From NCBI RefSeq assembly GCF_000354175.2, contig NC_022349.1:510001-542000 (forward strand): a DNA stretch of 32,000 nucleotides, read 5' to 3'. Origin of the DNA: Vibrio alginolyticus NBRC 15630 = ATCC 17749 (GTDB taxonomy: Bacteria; Pseudomonadota; Gammaproteobacteria; Enterobacterales; Vibrionaceae). Below the pieces are notes generated by a model. That model saw only the letters and a program-made list of their open reading frames with translations, was not told where the DNA came from and ran no database searches. The number at the start of each line of letters is the position of its first letter. Position 1 is the first letter of the stretch. The position numbers and the translations under genes were made by a program. Shown piece by piece: positions 9,495 to 18,689 of this stretch.

Positions 9495-9642
9495 ACTTCA
9501 TACGCCTAACTATGTGGGCTTGAGTGAACGTACCGCTCTAGGAAGTTTGCCTTGCTGCTCATTTATCTTTGGTTAACCTTTGGTCAATTGAGTTGGTTAT
9601 AAGTGGTTTTGTTGGTAATTTTTCTATCATTGTGGCAAGTTT

Positions 9643-9670
9643 ACTTAAAATCACTTAAGTGAATTTAAGT
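9643..9670. promoter_or_regulatory. 28-bp near-perfect palindrome abutting the DeoR start codon; candidate operator
   Basis: ACTTAAAATCACTT|AAGTGAATTTAAGT has 13 of 14 positions symmetric, with the core CACTTAAGTG perfectly palindromic. It ends 1 nt before the ATG at 9672, and no SD is visible there. Confidence 0.35.
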
Positions 9671-9671
9671 T

Positions 9672-10445
9672 ATGACACAAGAAGAAAGACTCGTAGCGCT
9701 CAGAGCGAAGCTGGATCAGCAAAATAAAGTAACGTTGTCTGAAGTTTGTGAGTACTTTGGTATCTCGCGAGATTCAGCTCGTCGAGACTTAGTTAAGTTG
9801 AGTCAGCAACCTGGGTTACAAAGAATACGAGGTGGTGTCATGCTTGCGCCGATCTCTTCCCATACCGAGGCATACGCGAGTCGACCCGTGAGTGACGTTA
9901 AACATCGACTAGCTCAAGCTTCCGCAGCGTTGTTGGATGAGCGCGACCATCTTGTTATTGATACCAGCACCATTTTGTCTCTGCTCCCACTCTATGCAGG
10001 AAAAGCGCATTGTGGAGAAAACAAGCTCAACGTCGTCACTAACAGCATTGATGTGCTGACCGCTGCTGAAACAAACGACACAATGGACGTTCATTTCTTA
10101 GGCGGACACTTTGACCCTTATGCCAGAGCAGTTTTAGGGGCGCAAGCAGAGCAGCAAATGCAGCAGTATCACGTGAACAAAGCGTTCATTGGCGTGTGTG
10201 CATTGTCATCCCGAGGGCTGACAACAAATAGTTTGTTAGAAGCAACAATGAAACAAGCGATGATTGCTCAAGCTCAGCAGGTCATCGTCGTTTGTGAATC
10301 CCGAAAAATTGGTAGCGACAATTTCCACCACGTATGTGATTTGTCAAAGATCGACATCATTATTACCGATCATCCTCCTCAATCAGATTTTCAACAACTC
10401 CTCGATCACAATGATATTGAATGTATTGTTGTGTCACCGAAATAA
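9672..10445 (+). CDS. DeoR-family transcriptional regulator
   Basis: The 257-aa product has an N-terminal HTH (VTLSEVCEYFGISRDSARRDLVKL) and a C-terminal DeoR sugar-phosphate sensor-like domain (LVIDTSTI..., KAFIGVCALS). Confidence 0.85.
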   Translation: MTQEERLVALRAKLDQQNKVTLSEVCEYFGISRDSARRDLVKLSQQPGLQRIRGGVMLAPISSHTEAYASRPVSDVKHRLAQASAALLDERDHLVIDTSTILSLLPLYAGKAHCGENKLNVVTNSIDVLTAAETNDTMDVHFLGGHFDPYARAVLGAQAEQQMQQYHVNKAFIGVCALSSRGLTTNSLLEATMKQAMIAQAQQVIVVCESRKIGSDNFHHVCDLSKIDIIITDHPPQSDFQQLLDHNDIECIVVSPK

Positions 10446-10456
10446 GGAATCTTAGA

Positions 10457-11497
10457 ATGGCTTACGATCCCGTAAAAACCGCTGTGATTGGTTACGGATA
10501 TTCAGCAAAAACGTTTCATTTACCCTTCATTAAAGCGCTACCAAATTTAACGCTGAGCGCGATAAGCTCTCGTCAACAGGAGGCGGTTCAAAATGATTGG
10601 CCAGATGCTAAGTGGTTTTCTGATGCGAATACTTTACTCGATGATAGTGATGCAGAGCTTGTAATCATTACTGCGCCAAATGACGTACATTACGAACTTG
10701 CAAAGCGTGCGTTGAACAATGGGAAACACGTCATCGTCGAGAAACCGTTTGTTACTCGTATAGAAGACGGTAATGAACTTATCGCCTTGGCGGAAGAGAA
10801 AGGTCTGGTGCTGAGCGTTTTTCACAATAGACGTTGGGATGGAGATTTTCTCACGGTTAAATCTCTTATCGAACAAGGTAAGTTAGGTGATATAAAGCTA
10901 TTCGAGTCACACTTTGACCGTTACCGCCCTGAAGTTCGTCAACGCTGGCGAGAGCTAGCCCAAGATGGTGGTGGTATTCTATTCGACCTTGCTCCTCATC
11001 TTCTCGATCAAGCATTGGTGTTGTTTGGCTTGCCAGATGCGATAGACGCACAATGTCGAATGATGCGCCCGGGTGCGACAACGATTGATTATTACAACTT
11101 GATACTTCATTACCCTGAGCATATTGTGCACTTGCATTCAAACTTGTATAGCCCAGAGCCGAATCTCCGCTACAAAGTATTGGGTACGGAAGCTAAATAT
11201 GAAAAGTTTGGATTAGATCCTCAAGAGGGCTACTTAAAAGAAGGCCGTTTGCCGGAAAACGATGCTTGGTCGGAAGAAGATGAGGCGTTATACGGCGTCC
11301 GTTACGACGAAGACGGTGCGCAAACTATCAAAACGGAGAGAGGCGCGTACCAAGCTTACTTTGTTGGTGTGGCAGACGCCATTCGTTTGGGCACTGATAA
11401 CCCGGTTCCTGCCGCTCAAGCAGTACAGAATATCGCTCTGATTGAGATGGCATTGGAAAGCAGTAAAACGGGTAAAACGATTCAGGTGAAACCATGA
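10457..11497 (+). CDS. Gfo/Idh/MocA-family NAD(P)-dependent oxidoreductase (YdgJ-like)
   Basis: I prefer the ATG at 10457, which has an AAGGAA SD at 10444-10449. The track start at 10421 lies inside the DeoR gene. The N-terminal Rossmann motif is TAVIGYGYSAKTFHLPFI, followed by EKPF and a C-terminal GFO_IDH_MocA_C-like region. Confidence 0.85.
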   Translation: MAYDPVKTAVIGYGYSAKTFHLPFIKALPNLTLSAISSRQQEAVQNDWPDAKWFSDANTLLDDSDAELVIITAPNDVHYELAKRALNNGKHVIVEKPFVTRIEDGNELIALAEEKGLVLSVFHNRRWDGDFLTVKSLIEQGKLGDIKLFESHFDRYRPEVRQRWRELAQDGGGILFDLAPHLLDQALVLFGLPDAIDAQCRMMRPGATTIDYYNLILHYPEHIVHLHSNLYSPEPNLRYKVLGTEAKYEKFGLDPQEGYLKEGRLPENDAWSEEDEALYGVRYDEDGAQTIKTERGAYQAYFVGVADAIRLGTDNPVPAAQAVQNIALIEMALESSKTGKTIQVKP

Positions 11498-11964
11498 GTT
11501 TGACGCTTGAACTCGTGGCCCTGCAAGAGCATGAACTTCAGTTGGCGGAATTTAATCACCATATTGCGTGGTCTATCGGCCTCGCTCTAAAAGAAGAGGC
11601 TGAAGCTCGCGGCGCGGCTGTTGCTATTGAGGTTTACGGCTTTGGACAAACGCTATTTCAATACGCGATGGCAGGAACCTGCGCTGATCATGTAGATTGG
11701 GTCCGTAGGAAGCGAAACTCAGTATTAAGGTATGGCCACAGCTCTTACTATCTTTCTCTGTACAACAAGCAAAAGCAACGTGATTTCGAAAATCAGCCTC
11801 ATCTCGATGCTCGTGAGTACTGCGCTCATGGTGGCGCGTTCCCAATTCGGCTTTCTGGGTCTGGTTTGGTTGGGGTTGTGACGGTATCGGGTTTACCGCA
11901 GTTAGATGATCATCAGCTAGTTGTGGATATATTAAAAACGATGACAGAGACAAAATCCTCTTAA
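11494..11964 (+). CDS. UPF0303 / GlcG-like (heme-degrading domain superfamily) protein
   Basis: The 156-aa product starts at an ATGA that overlaps the oxidoreductase stop. Motifs HSSYY, AHGGAFPI and VTVSGLPQLDDHQLVVD match my recollection of UPF0303 proteins. The family name was not verified by search. Confidence 0.55.
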   Translation: MSLTLELVALQEHELQLAEFNHHIAWSIGLALKEEAEARGAAVAIEVYGFGQTLFQYAMAGTCADHVDWVRRKRNSVLRYGHSSYYLSLYNKQKQRDFENQPHLDAREYCAHGGAFPIRLSGSGLVGVVTVSGLPQLDDHQLVVDILKTMTETKSS

Positions 11965-11978
11965 ACGCCAAATATGAA

Positions 11979-12018
11979 AGTAGCACGGTTCTTTATCGTG
12001 CTACTGAATTCTCTTTTT
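11979..12018 (+). terminator. Rho-independent terminator after the DeoR/oxidoreductase/UPF0303 unit
   Basis: A 9-bp stem AGTAGCACG (11979-11987) / CGTGCTACT (11997-12005) has a 9-nt loop and is followed by GAATTCTCTTTTT. Confidence 0.6.
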
Positions 12019-12148
12019 AGCTCATAAAGTGTTCTTTAATGTGAGCAAATATTAACATTGATCCCAACTTACTACCTGAAAATCAAATCAATTTCATATA
12101 ACCTATACGCTCATTCATATAGAAAGCCTTCAAAGTTGGCCATTGGCA

Positions 12149-13726
12149 ATGTCTTTTAGAAGAAAAGAAAAACTCAATCTTAGAAATCTTATTGTCACCC
12201 TATGTGTGTTCAGTGTGCTTGTCACTTTGATCAACGCATTCTACTCGATTTATCGTGTTCAAAGGGATCTCATCATCAATAACACGTTAGAATCAAACCG
12301 TGTTTACGCCCAAAAAATGTCTGAAATGACAGACTCTTTCATAGAAAGCTCAATGTCGCAGTTAAAATACAGTGCGAACGTGCTAAAAGACAAGATGCAT
12401 GACGCTCAGCTTCTTGATAAAGAGGCTGAGAGATTAAGAACGCAAACCAAATCATTTAACTCTGTGGTTGTCGTTAATGCAAAAGGGGTTATTATTTCTG
12501 TATCCCCTGAAACACTTCAGGTGAAAGGTGTAAGGTTAGTGGGTGAAAGAAAACGCCAGTCTTTAAACGCTCAAGCACCGGTTGTTACTGAACCATTTAT
12601 ATCGCCAGCTGGAAATTACTTGTTAACCATCTCATACCCTATATTTTCTCAATCTAATGAATATTTAGGTTATATCGGCGGCACTATTTATCTAGAAAAA
12701 GAAAATATTCTTGCAGAGTTACTCAGCCAGCACGCATACAAAGATGGTTCTTTCCTTTACGTTGTCGATGAGAGTAACACTCTGATTTATCACCCAGATC
12801 AATCGAGAGTTGGTGAAGTAATCGACGATAATGAGGCAATCAAAGCGGTGACGATGGGGCAGAGCGGTAACAAAGAAATTGTTAACTCTCGCGGCGTCGA
12901 AATGCTTGCTGGTTATGCACCAGTAAAGTCATCAGGATGGGGAATTGTTGCTCAGCGCCCGAAATCGATGACGTTATCTGTGCTAGATGAACAGATGTGG
13001 AATGTTTTCCTTAAGTCGATTCCAATTGGTTTATTAACTTTGTTGCTAATTTGGTTCTTGTCCCTTCTTATTTCTAGACCACTTTGGCAGTTAGCGGGTG
13101 CTGTGCGAGGTGTCGAAGAACATTCATCATCTATCGATGATCTCAAACTGGTTAAGTCTTGGTATTTTGAGGTCTCACATTTGAAGCTTAGCTTTCTTAA
13201 AGCATTTGGTATCGTGTCAAAAACCATTGATAAGCTGCAACTGGATACATTAACAGATTCGATGACTGGATTATTGAATCGACGTGGATTAGATAAAGTT
13301 CTTGGTTTGTTTAAGCAGGAAAATACCGCGTTCTCTGTTTTGGCGCTAGATATTGACCACTTTAAGAGCGTAAACGATAACTATGGCCATGACGTGGGTG
13401 ACAATTTACTTAGAGAGTTTGCGCAGTTAATGAAAGACCAAGCTCGCTCTAATGATCACCTGTGTCGTTCTGGCGGTGAAGAGTTTATGATGTTTTTGGA
13501 AAAAACAGACGTAAACCACGCTATGGATGTTGCAGAGCGTATTAGACACAACGTGGAACAACATGACTTCCAAGTCGTTGGTAAGGTCACGGTTTCGTTG
13601 GGCGTTTCTCACTGGAAAGGCAATGACACACCAATTGAAGCGGTAATGAAAGACGCCGATAATGCACTGTATAAAGCGAAACATAATGGAAGAAATAGAA
13701 CTGAGTTGGGTGACGACGCACAATAG
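12149..13726 (+). CDS. Membrane diguanylate cyclase with a periplasmic Cache-like sensor domain and an intact GGEEF site and I-site
   Basis: I prefer the ATG at 12149; the track TTG at 12143 is 2 codons upstream. It has two TM segments (LIVTLCVFSVLVTLINAFY and IPIGLLTLLLIWFLSLLI) flanking a ~250-aa Cache-like domain. The GGEEF motif is at nt 13472-13486. RSND (RxxD, nt 13445-13456) lies five residues upstream, the same spacing as the PleD I-site. Confidence 0.85.
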   Translation: MSFRRKEKLNLRNLIVTLCVFSVLVTLINAFYSIYRVQRDLIINNTLESNRVYAQKMSEMTDSFIESSMSQLKYSANVLKDKMHDAQLLDKEAERLRTQTKSFNSVVVVNAKGVIISVSPETLQVKGVRLVGERKRQSLNAQAPVVTEPFISPAGNYLLTISYPIFSQSNEYLGYIGGTIYLEKENILAELLSQHAYKDGSFLYVVDESNTLIYHPDQSRVGEVIDDNEAIKAVTMGQSGNKEIVNSRGVEMLAGYAPVKSSGWGIVAQRPKSMTLSVLDEQMWNVFLKSIPIGLLTLLLIWFLSLLISRPLWQLAGAVRGVEEHSSSIDDLKLVKSWYFEVSHLKLSFLKAFGIVSKTIDKLQLDTLTDSMTGLLNRRGLDKVLGLFKQENTAFSVLALDIDHFKSVNDNYGHDVGDNLLREFAQLMKDQARSNDHLCRSGGEEFMMFLEKTDVNHAMDVAERIRHNVEQHDFQVVGKVTVSLGVSHWKGNDTPIEAVMKDADNALYKAKHNGRNRTELGDDAQ

Positions 13727-13777
13727 ATATTGCGCTTTAGGCTGAACATAAAACGAGCCAGTGACTAACCTTTGCTG

Positions 13778-14335
13778 TTAATCGCTGGCGTAACCGCTAC
13801 CAATTGCGCGAAACGGCAAGTTCAGCTCTAATTCTGGAATTTGTTTACCCACCCAAGCCGGAAATGTATTGCTATTTGGCCCTGGAAACAGCGTATATTC
13901 TTCAGCCCAAGGGTATTGGTTAATAACACTTTGTATTTTAGGGATAAGCTGGCGGGCCTTTTCACCTTGTATGGAGAGGATCTTTTCTGGTTTTGCACCA
14001 TACCAATATCGATCTGGCGTCCCAGTTTGGTACTGATATAGAGCGGGTTGTCCGCGATTCACTCTCCGGCCGACTACTTCATAGACTGTATATTCGTTCG
14101 CATTTTCAGGCTTTATTGCAAACCATGTGTGAACGGCAAACCAGCCTCGCCAACCAAACGCATCTGCGGCATAAAACTCAATCACAGCATGCTTAACATT
14201 AGAAGGATCGGGTGCGATACCCGCAGGTTCTCTGCTTGCGGTACGCCAATCTCCTTGAGTGCATCCACCCAGCATAACCGCGATTGACATGAACCCAATT
14301 TTTACAAGGTGAGTAAAGTTGAGAGGGTCTTTCAT
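13778..14335 (-). CDS. Putative lipoprotein of unknown function (possibly DUF3750-like)
   Basis: The 185-aa product has an AGGAGC SD 5 nt upstream of the ATG and a signal/lipobox-like SIAVMLGGC. Composition is coherent and the gene is convergent with the cyclase gene. The family name comes from memory of the WRGWFAVHTWFAIKP-type motif and is unverified. Confidence 0.5.
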   Translation of the reverse strand: MKDPLNFTHLVKIGFMSIAVMLGGCTQGDWRTASREPAGIAPDPSNVKHAVIEFYAADAFGWRGWFAVHTWFAIKPENANEYTVYEVVGRRVNRGQPALYQYQTGTPDRYWYGAKPEKILSIQGEKARQLIPKIQSVINQYPWAEEYTLFPGPNSNTFPAWVGKQIPELELNLPFRAIGSGYASD

Positions 14336-14815
14336 TTATTGCTCCTAGACCAACCGATGCTGGTAACGCTCTATTGATTTTAGCTATAAAAACGTGGCAA
14401 GTCTGATTGTTGAAATCCTCTCCTTATTAAAAGAGAGAGGGAAGTTAGTGCCATAATTCCAGTTCATACGTAATAATAAGGTAAGCCGATTTGTAACATG
14501 TGGCATAGACGATGCCGTATTTCTCGAACGATTCGTCTAATTGCGTATGAAAAAGTAAGAGGTTGTATGTATTCCTTACACGGTCACATGAATTAAAAGC
14601 ATAAAAAAAACAGAGGTTTACAGTGGCCTTTGACTGGTTGAGTGAGTTTGGGACCCTCACATTGTCTCACATTTGCTTGTTTTGGACGGAATTTTCATCG
14701 CTCATCTTTTTGCGCGTTTAGAGTCAGCGTTCAGCTATGGCACAATAGGCGCTCACAGAACAAGTGCTGTTTGGTCATGCAAATAGCAGAAAAATAACTA
14801 GAAATAGAATAATTA

Positions 14816-15178
14816 ATGTTTAAATCAAAAAGTATACTCGCATTAAGCATGTTCGCATTTGGCTGTTTTGCCAATCAAGATAGCGAACCAACGTCCGTTG
14901 TGCTGAACTATGGTGACTCCTCCATCAGTACTGATATTCAAGCCAATCGAAAATTTCATGTTGTCCGAGACAATGAAAGTGAGCACGTAGAATTTTCCGG
15001 CGGAATCACAAAGGAGTATTCCGATTATATTGTGAATATTCATATCATAAGAAAAAGCAATATACGCAGATCAAGCCGAGAGCTGAATACAACCGTATTG
15101 ATGAACAGTGATCAGATTGGGAAGCCTTTAGTGATTGGCATTGAAAATGATGAGTTCACTAGTATCACTTTGCGTTAA
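14816..15178 (+). CDS. Small hypothetical secreted protein
   Basis: The 120-aa product has an N-terminal signal-like segment MFKSKSILALSMFAFGCFA. I recognise no domain. It is the only long ORF in this interval. Confidence 0.4.
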   Translation: MFKSKSILALSMFAFGCFANQDSEPTSVVLNYGDSSISTDIQANRKFHVVRDNESEHVEFSGGITKEYSDYIVNIHIIRKSNIRRSSRELNTTVLMNSDQIGKPLVIGIENDEFTSITLR

Positions 15179-15213
15179 TGCTTAGTATTTATTGAATAGG
15201 AATGAGGAAATTG

Positions 15214-15678
15214 ATGCTCTCAATACGCTGCTATCGCACCGAGGATGCCCCAACACTGTGGGCACTCTTTTACCATACTGTGCGAATCATTAATCGTCGC
15301 GATTACACGGAATCACAAGTTTCCGCTTGGGCACCATCAGATTTTGACCTCGATGTGTGGCAACGCAAAATGGACGATATTCAACCCTATGTCGCGGAGA
15401 TAGAAGGGCAGGTCGTTGGCTATTGTGATTTGCAAGGTGACGGCTTGATTGATCATTTCTTTTGCCATCATGAATACCAAGGACAAGGTGTTGGTCGTGA
15501 TTTGATGTCTTTTCTTTTTTCACAGGCGAAAGTACAGGGGATAAAACGACTGTATTCTGAAGTGAGTATTACCGCCCGACCTTTTTACGAGAAAATGGGT
15601 TTCACAGTTAAGTCTCGACAACGTGTTGAGGTTAGGGGAGAAACCTTAACTAACTTTATGATGGAAAAGTATATTTAA
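15214..15678 (+). CDS. GNAT-family N-acetyltransferase
   Basis: I prefer the ATG at 15214, which has an AGGAAA SD at 15205-15210. The acetyl-CoA binding motif is QGQGVGRDLM, and the C-terminal ARPFYEKMGF is typical of GNAT proteins. Confidence 0.8.
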   Translation: MLSIRCYRTEDAPTLWALFYHTVRIINRRDYTESQVSAWAPSDFDLDVWQRKMDDIQPYVAEIEGQVVGYCDLQGDGLIDHFFCHHEYQGQGVGRDLMSFLFSQAKVQGIKRLYSEVSITARPFYEKMGFTVKSRQRVEVRGETLTNFMMEKYI

Positions 15679-15926
15679 CTTAAATAGTGAGCATTTAGTG
15701 AGCTTGAACACAGATATAAAATGTTTTCCAATGTGAAAGCGAGTTCATTGATCTCGCACCAATGTTTTGTTTGAAAACAGTGTACATAATCTTCTCTGGA
15801 ACGCCATTACCGCATTTCGTCTCTGAAGGCTTAAAAACAGTCTGAAAGTTTTGGTTTTGCGGCGGGTAATAGCGTTCCAAACGCCAAATGTGTCTGGCTA
15901 ACCATCTCAGGAAGAGAAGTAGTACT

Positions 15927-17345
15927 ATGCGCCCTTATCTCAAATACGTTGCTCCAACATTGATACCATTGCTTGTTTGGTTGATGCCTCTCTCTGCGTT
16001 CCCATTTGATGGCATTACTATCGTCCAGCAAAGAGTGATTGCAATCTTCTTGCTTGCCGCACTTTGCTGGGTATTCGAGCCAATTCCAATCTACGCCACT
16101 TCGGTTGTGATCATTGTCCTAGAGCTATTGCTTGTATCAAATAAAGGTATTGTGCTCTTTCGCTTGCAAGAAGGGCAGCCACATTTTGGTGAGCTATTAC
16201 AATACAACGAGATAATGGCGACCTTCGCTAGTCCGATTATCATGCTCTTCCTCGGCGGTTTCTTTTTGGCTATGGCGGCGACAAAGTACAGGTTAGATGT
16301 CAACTTAGCCCGAGTGTTACTCAAACCATTTGGACAAAAACCAAAGTTCGTTATGCTGGGGTTGATGCTGATCACCGCTGTTTTTTCCATGTTTATGTCA
16401 AACACCGCAACAACAGCGATGATGTTGTCCATTTTAACCCCTGTGATAGCAGTTTTCGGGCCTAAAGACCCAGGTCGAATTGCATTCGCTTTGTGTATTC
16501 CTGTTGCGGCCAACATTGGTGGCATTGGTACTCCAATCGGCACGCCACCGAATGCCATCGCCCTAAAATATTTGGTTGGTGACAACTTAATTACGTTTGG
16601 TGAATGGATGGTATTTGGTGTGCCATTCGTTATTGTGATGATGGCGTTAGCCTGGTTTCTGATTGGCTTTTTGTATAAAGCCGAACAAACCACCATCGAT
16701 CTGAACATTAAAAGCAAGTTTTTGAAAACACCCAAAGCAATAATGGTTTACGTCACCTTTGTCGGCACGATTATTCTTTGGTTGATGGGTTCTGCACATG
16801 GAATGAATTCTTACACAGTAGCATTAATTCCGGTCGCAGTGTTCTCATTGACGGGCATCATCAACAAAGAAGACTTGAAGAAAATCTCTTGGGATGTGCT
16901 TTGGTTGGTGTCAGGCGGTATTGCTCTGGGCCTTGCTCTAGATAAAACCGGGCTTGCGAAGCTGGTGGTACACAGCATTCCGTTTGATCAGTTCTCGCCA
17001 TATGTTGTCTTGTTTGGTGCGGCTTTCTTGTGCTTGTTAATGGCAAACTTTATGTCGCATACAGCCACCGCAAACTTGCTGATGCCGATTATGGCTGCGC
17101 TGGGTACTTCTATGGCTTCGCTAACGCCTCTCGGCGGTGAAGTTACTCTGATCTTGGTCGTGACATTTGCCGCTTCACTCGGTATGTCGTTACCAATCAG
17201 TACGCCACCAAACGCGTTAGCTCATGCAACAGGGCATGTCGAGAGCGGCCAAATGGCTCGTATCGGTGCCGTGCTAGGCGTGATTGGCGTATTACTCAGC
17301 TTTGTGATGGTGTGGATTTTACATACTGTTGGGCATATTGGATAA
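15927..17345 (+). CDS. DASS/SLC13-family anion:sodium symporter (dicarboxylate or sulfate type)
   Basis: I prefer the ATG at 15927 (MRPYLKY...). The product is polytopic, with hairpin-tip motifs FMSNTATTAMM, GTPIGTPPNAIA and ISTPPNALA that are typical of the family. Confidence 0.85.
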   Translation: MRPYLKYVAPTLIPLLVWLMPLSAFPFDGITIVQQRVIAIFLLAALCWVFEPIPIYATSVVIIVLELLLVSNKGIVLFRLQEGQPHFGELLQYNEIMATFASPIIMLFLGGFFLAMAATKYRLDVNLARVLLKPFGQKPKFVMLGLMLITAVFSMFMSNTATTAMMLSILTPVIAVFGPKDPGRIAFALCIPVAANIGGIGTPIGTPPNAIALKYLVGDNLITFGEWMVFGVPFVIVMMALAWFLIGFLYKAEQTTIDLNIKSKFLKTPKAIMVYVTFVGTIILWLMGSAHGMNSYTVALIPVAVFSLTGIINKEDLKKISWDVLWLVSGGIALGLALDKTGLAKLVVHSIPFDQFSPYVVLFGAAFLCLLMANFMSHTATANLLMPIMAALGTSMASLTPLGGEVTLILVVTFAASLGMSLPISTPPNALAHATGHVESGQMARIGAVLGVIGVLLSFVMVWILHTVGHIG

Positions 17346-17351
17346 CCCACC

Positions 17352-18689
17352 ATGTACGAAACGAAGTTAGACGCGTTAGTACAACGCTACTTTAATCACC
17401 TTGAACGCCGATTAACAGTTTTATCCGGGTCGGTGCTTATTGAGCAAGCTGGCTACAACGATCGCTTGTACTATGTGCTGTCGGGAGAACTGGCGGGCTA
17501 TTACGCGGAAGATGACAAGAAACCGATTCAGGTATTTTCTGCGTCTCAAGGTGCGTTTATTGGCGTACATAGTTTCTTTTCTGGTACGTGGACTGCCTCT
17601 TCGACAGTGATTGCTCAAACCGATGTTGAATTGGCTTGGATACAGCGCGATACGCCCGCCGTGGAAGAGGCGATATACGGACCATTGACGACACAATTTA
17701 TGCCTGTGATGGTTAACGAATTATCTCGTCGTCAACGGCGCGCAATGCAAGAGGCATTGGCTAAAGAAAAAGCACTACAAAAGCTTCATACCGCAGAGCA
17801 AATGACAACGTTGGGGCAGCTTGCAGCGGGTATTGCTCATGAGTTGAACAATGCGATAGGCGTTGTAAGCAGTAAATCAGAACGGCTAGAGACAGTTATC
17901 ATGGAACTGCTTGAAGAAGTTCATCCGGAAGCGAGTCAATTTTTTGATTTTGGTTTAATGCAAGGGCAGAAAGTCTCTTCTAGCGAAGCGAGAAAGCGGG
18001 GGCGCCACTTCGAAAAATACTACGGTTTAACCAAGGAGGTTGCTCGTGATCTTGCACGTGCCGTTCCAAATAACTTCCTTTCAGAACATTGGCTAAAAAG
18101 ACCAGAAGAAGCGATACGTTTCTGGCAAATGGGGCGAGATCTGCATGACTTACGCATCGCTTCTAAACATACCGTTGGCATTGTGCGATCCGTAAAACAA
18201 TTGGGGCGCACGGATATCGACTTGGATGAAGCGATTAACATCAATGATTCAATCAATCGCGCCTTGGCTCTATTGCAAAGTGACTTAAGACGAGTGAGTG
18301 TTCGTTTTAGCCCTGCGGATTTACCTGCTTTTATTGGTTCTCAAACCGAACTCGTCCAAGTTTGGGTAAATATATTAAAGAATGCGTGCGATGCACTTGG
18401 TGAAACGGAGAAACCCGGTATCGAAATACATACTCGGGAGAGTAAGGGTAAAATTTTGGTCACGATTGCTAACAACGGACCAGAAATTGATGAAGCGACA
18501 CGTAGAAAAATTTTCCGGCCAAACTTCACCACTAAAAAGGGGGGATTGTCGTTTGGTTTAGGGTTAGGTCTGTCGATTGTGAAGCGCATTATCGCCGGAT
18601 ATAACGGCTCTATTGTAGTAAAGAGCGACAGTGAAAAAACGATTTTTAGAATCAAGTTACCAGTAGAGGGTGAACATGGAGAAGCTTAA
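17352..18689 (+). CDS. Soluble sensor histidine kinase with an N-terminal cyclic-nucleotide-binding-like domain
   Basis: The 445-aa product has no TM segment. A CAP-like beta-roll spans about residues 20-110 (YYVLSGELAGYY...QGAFIGVHSFFSGTWTASSTVIA). The H-box is GIAHELNNAIG, with ATPase N/G boxes NILKNACDA, ANNGPEI and GLGLGLSIV. It starts 6 nt after the transporter stop with no SD. Confidence 0.8.
   Translation: MYETKLDALVQRYFNHLERRLTVLSGSVLIEQAGYNDRLYYVLSGELAGYYAEDDKKPIQVFSASQGAFIGVHSFFSGTWTASSTVIAQTDVELAWIQRDTPAVEEAIYGPLTTQFMPVMVNELSRRQRRAMQEALAKEKALQKLHTAEQMTTLGQLAAGIAHELNNAIGVVSSKSERLETVIMELLEEVHPEASQFFDFGLMQGQKVSSSEARKRGRHFEKYYGLTKEVARDLARAVPNNFLSEHWLKRPEEAIRFWQMGRDLHDLRIASKHTVGIVRSVKQLGRTDIDLDEAININDSINRALALLQSDLRRVSVRFSPADLPAFIGSQTELVQVWVNILKNACDALGETEKPGIEIHTRESKGKILVTIANNGPEIDEATRRKIFRPNFTTKKGGLSFGLGLGLSIVKRIIAGYNGSIVVKSDSEKTIFRIKLPVEGEHGEA

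Noticed and set aside
11624-11986. 120-aa ORF antisense to the UPF0303 gene
   Set aside because: It overlaps the sense gene and runs into the terminator stem. No SD or motif supports it.
14445-14660. 71-aa minus-strand ORF in the 14.3-14.8 kb gap
   Set aside because: It has no SD and an odd composition rich in F/Y/N/C. It contains the A8/T8 homopolymer, so it is likely chance.
14590-14670. Qrr-like quorum-sensing small RNA on the minus strand
   Set aside because: There is superficial resemblance (GAGGGTC..., CAACCAGTCA) and a U-run. The sequence does not match the conserved Qrr core as I remember it, and there is no convincing terminator stem or upstream sigma-54 promoter in the right place.
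16091-16735. 214-aa ORF antisense to the DASS transporter gene
   Set aside because: It lies entirely inside a well-supported membrane-protein gene on the other strand. It has no recognisable motifs or SD. Long antisense ORFs of this kind are common opposite hydrophobic-codon-rich genes.
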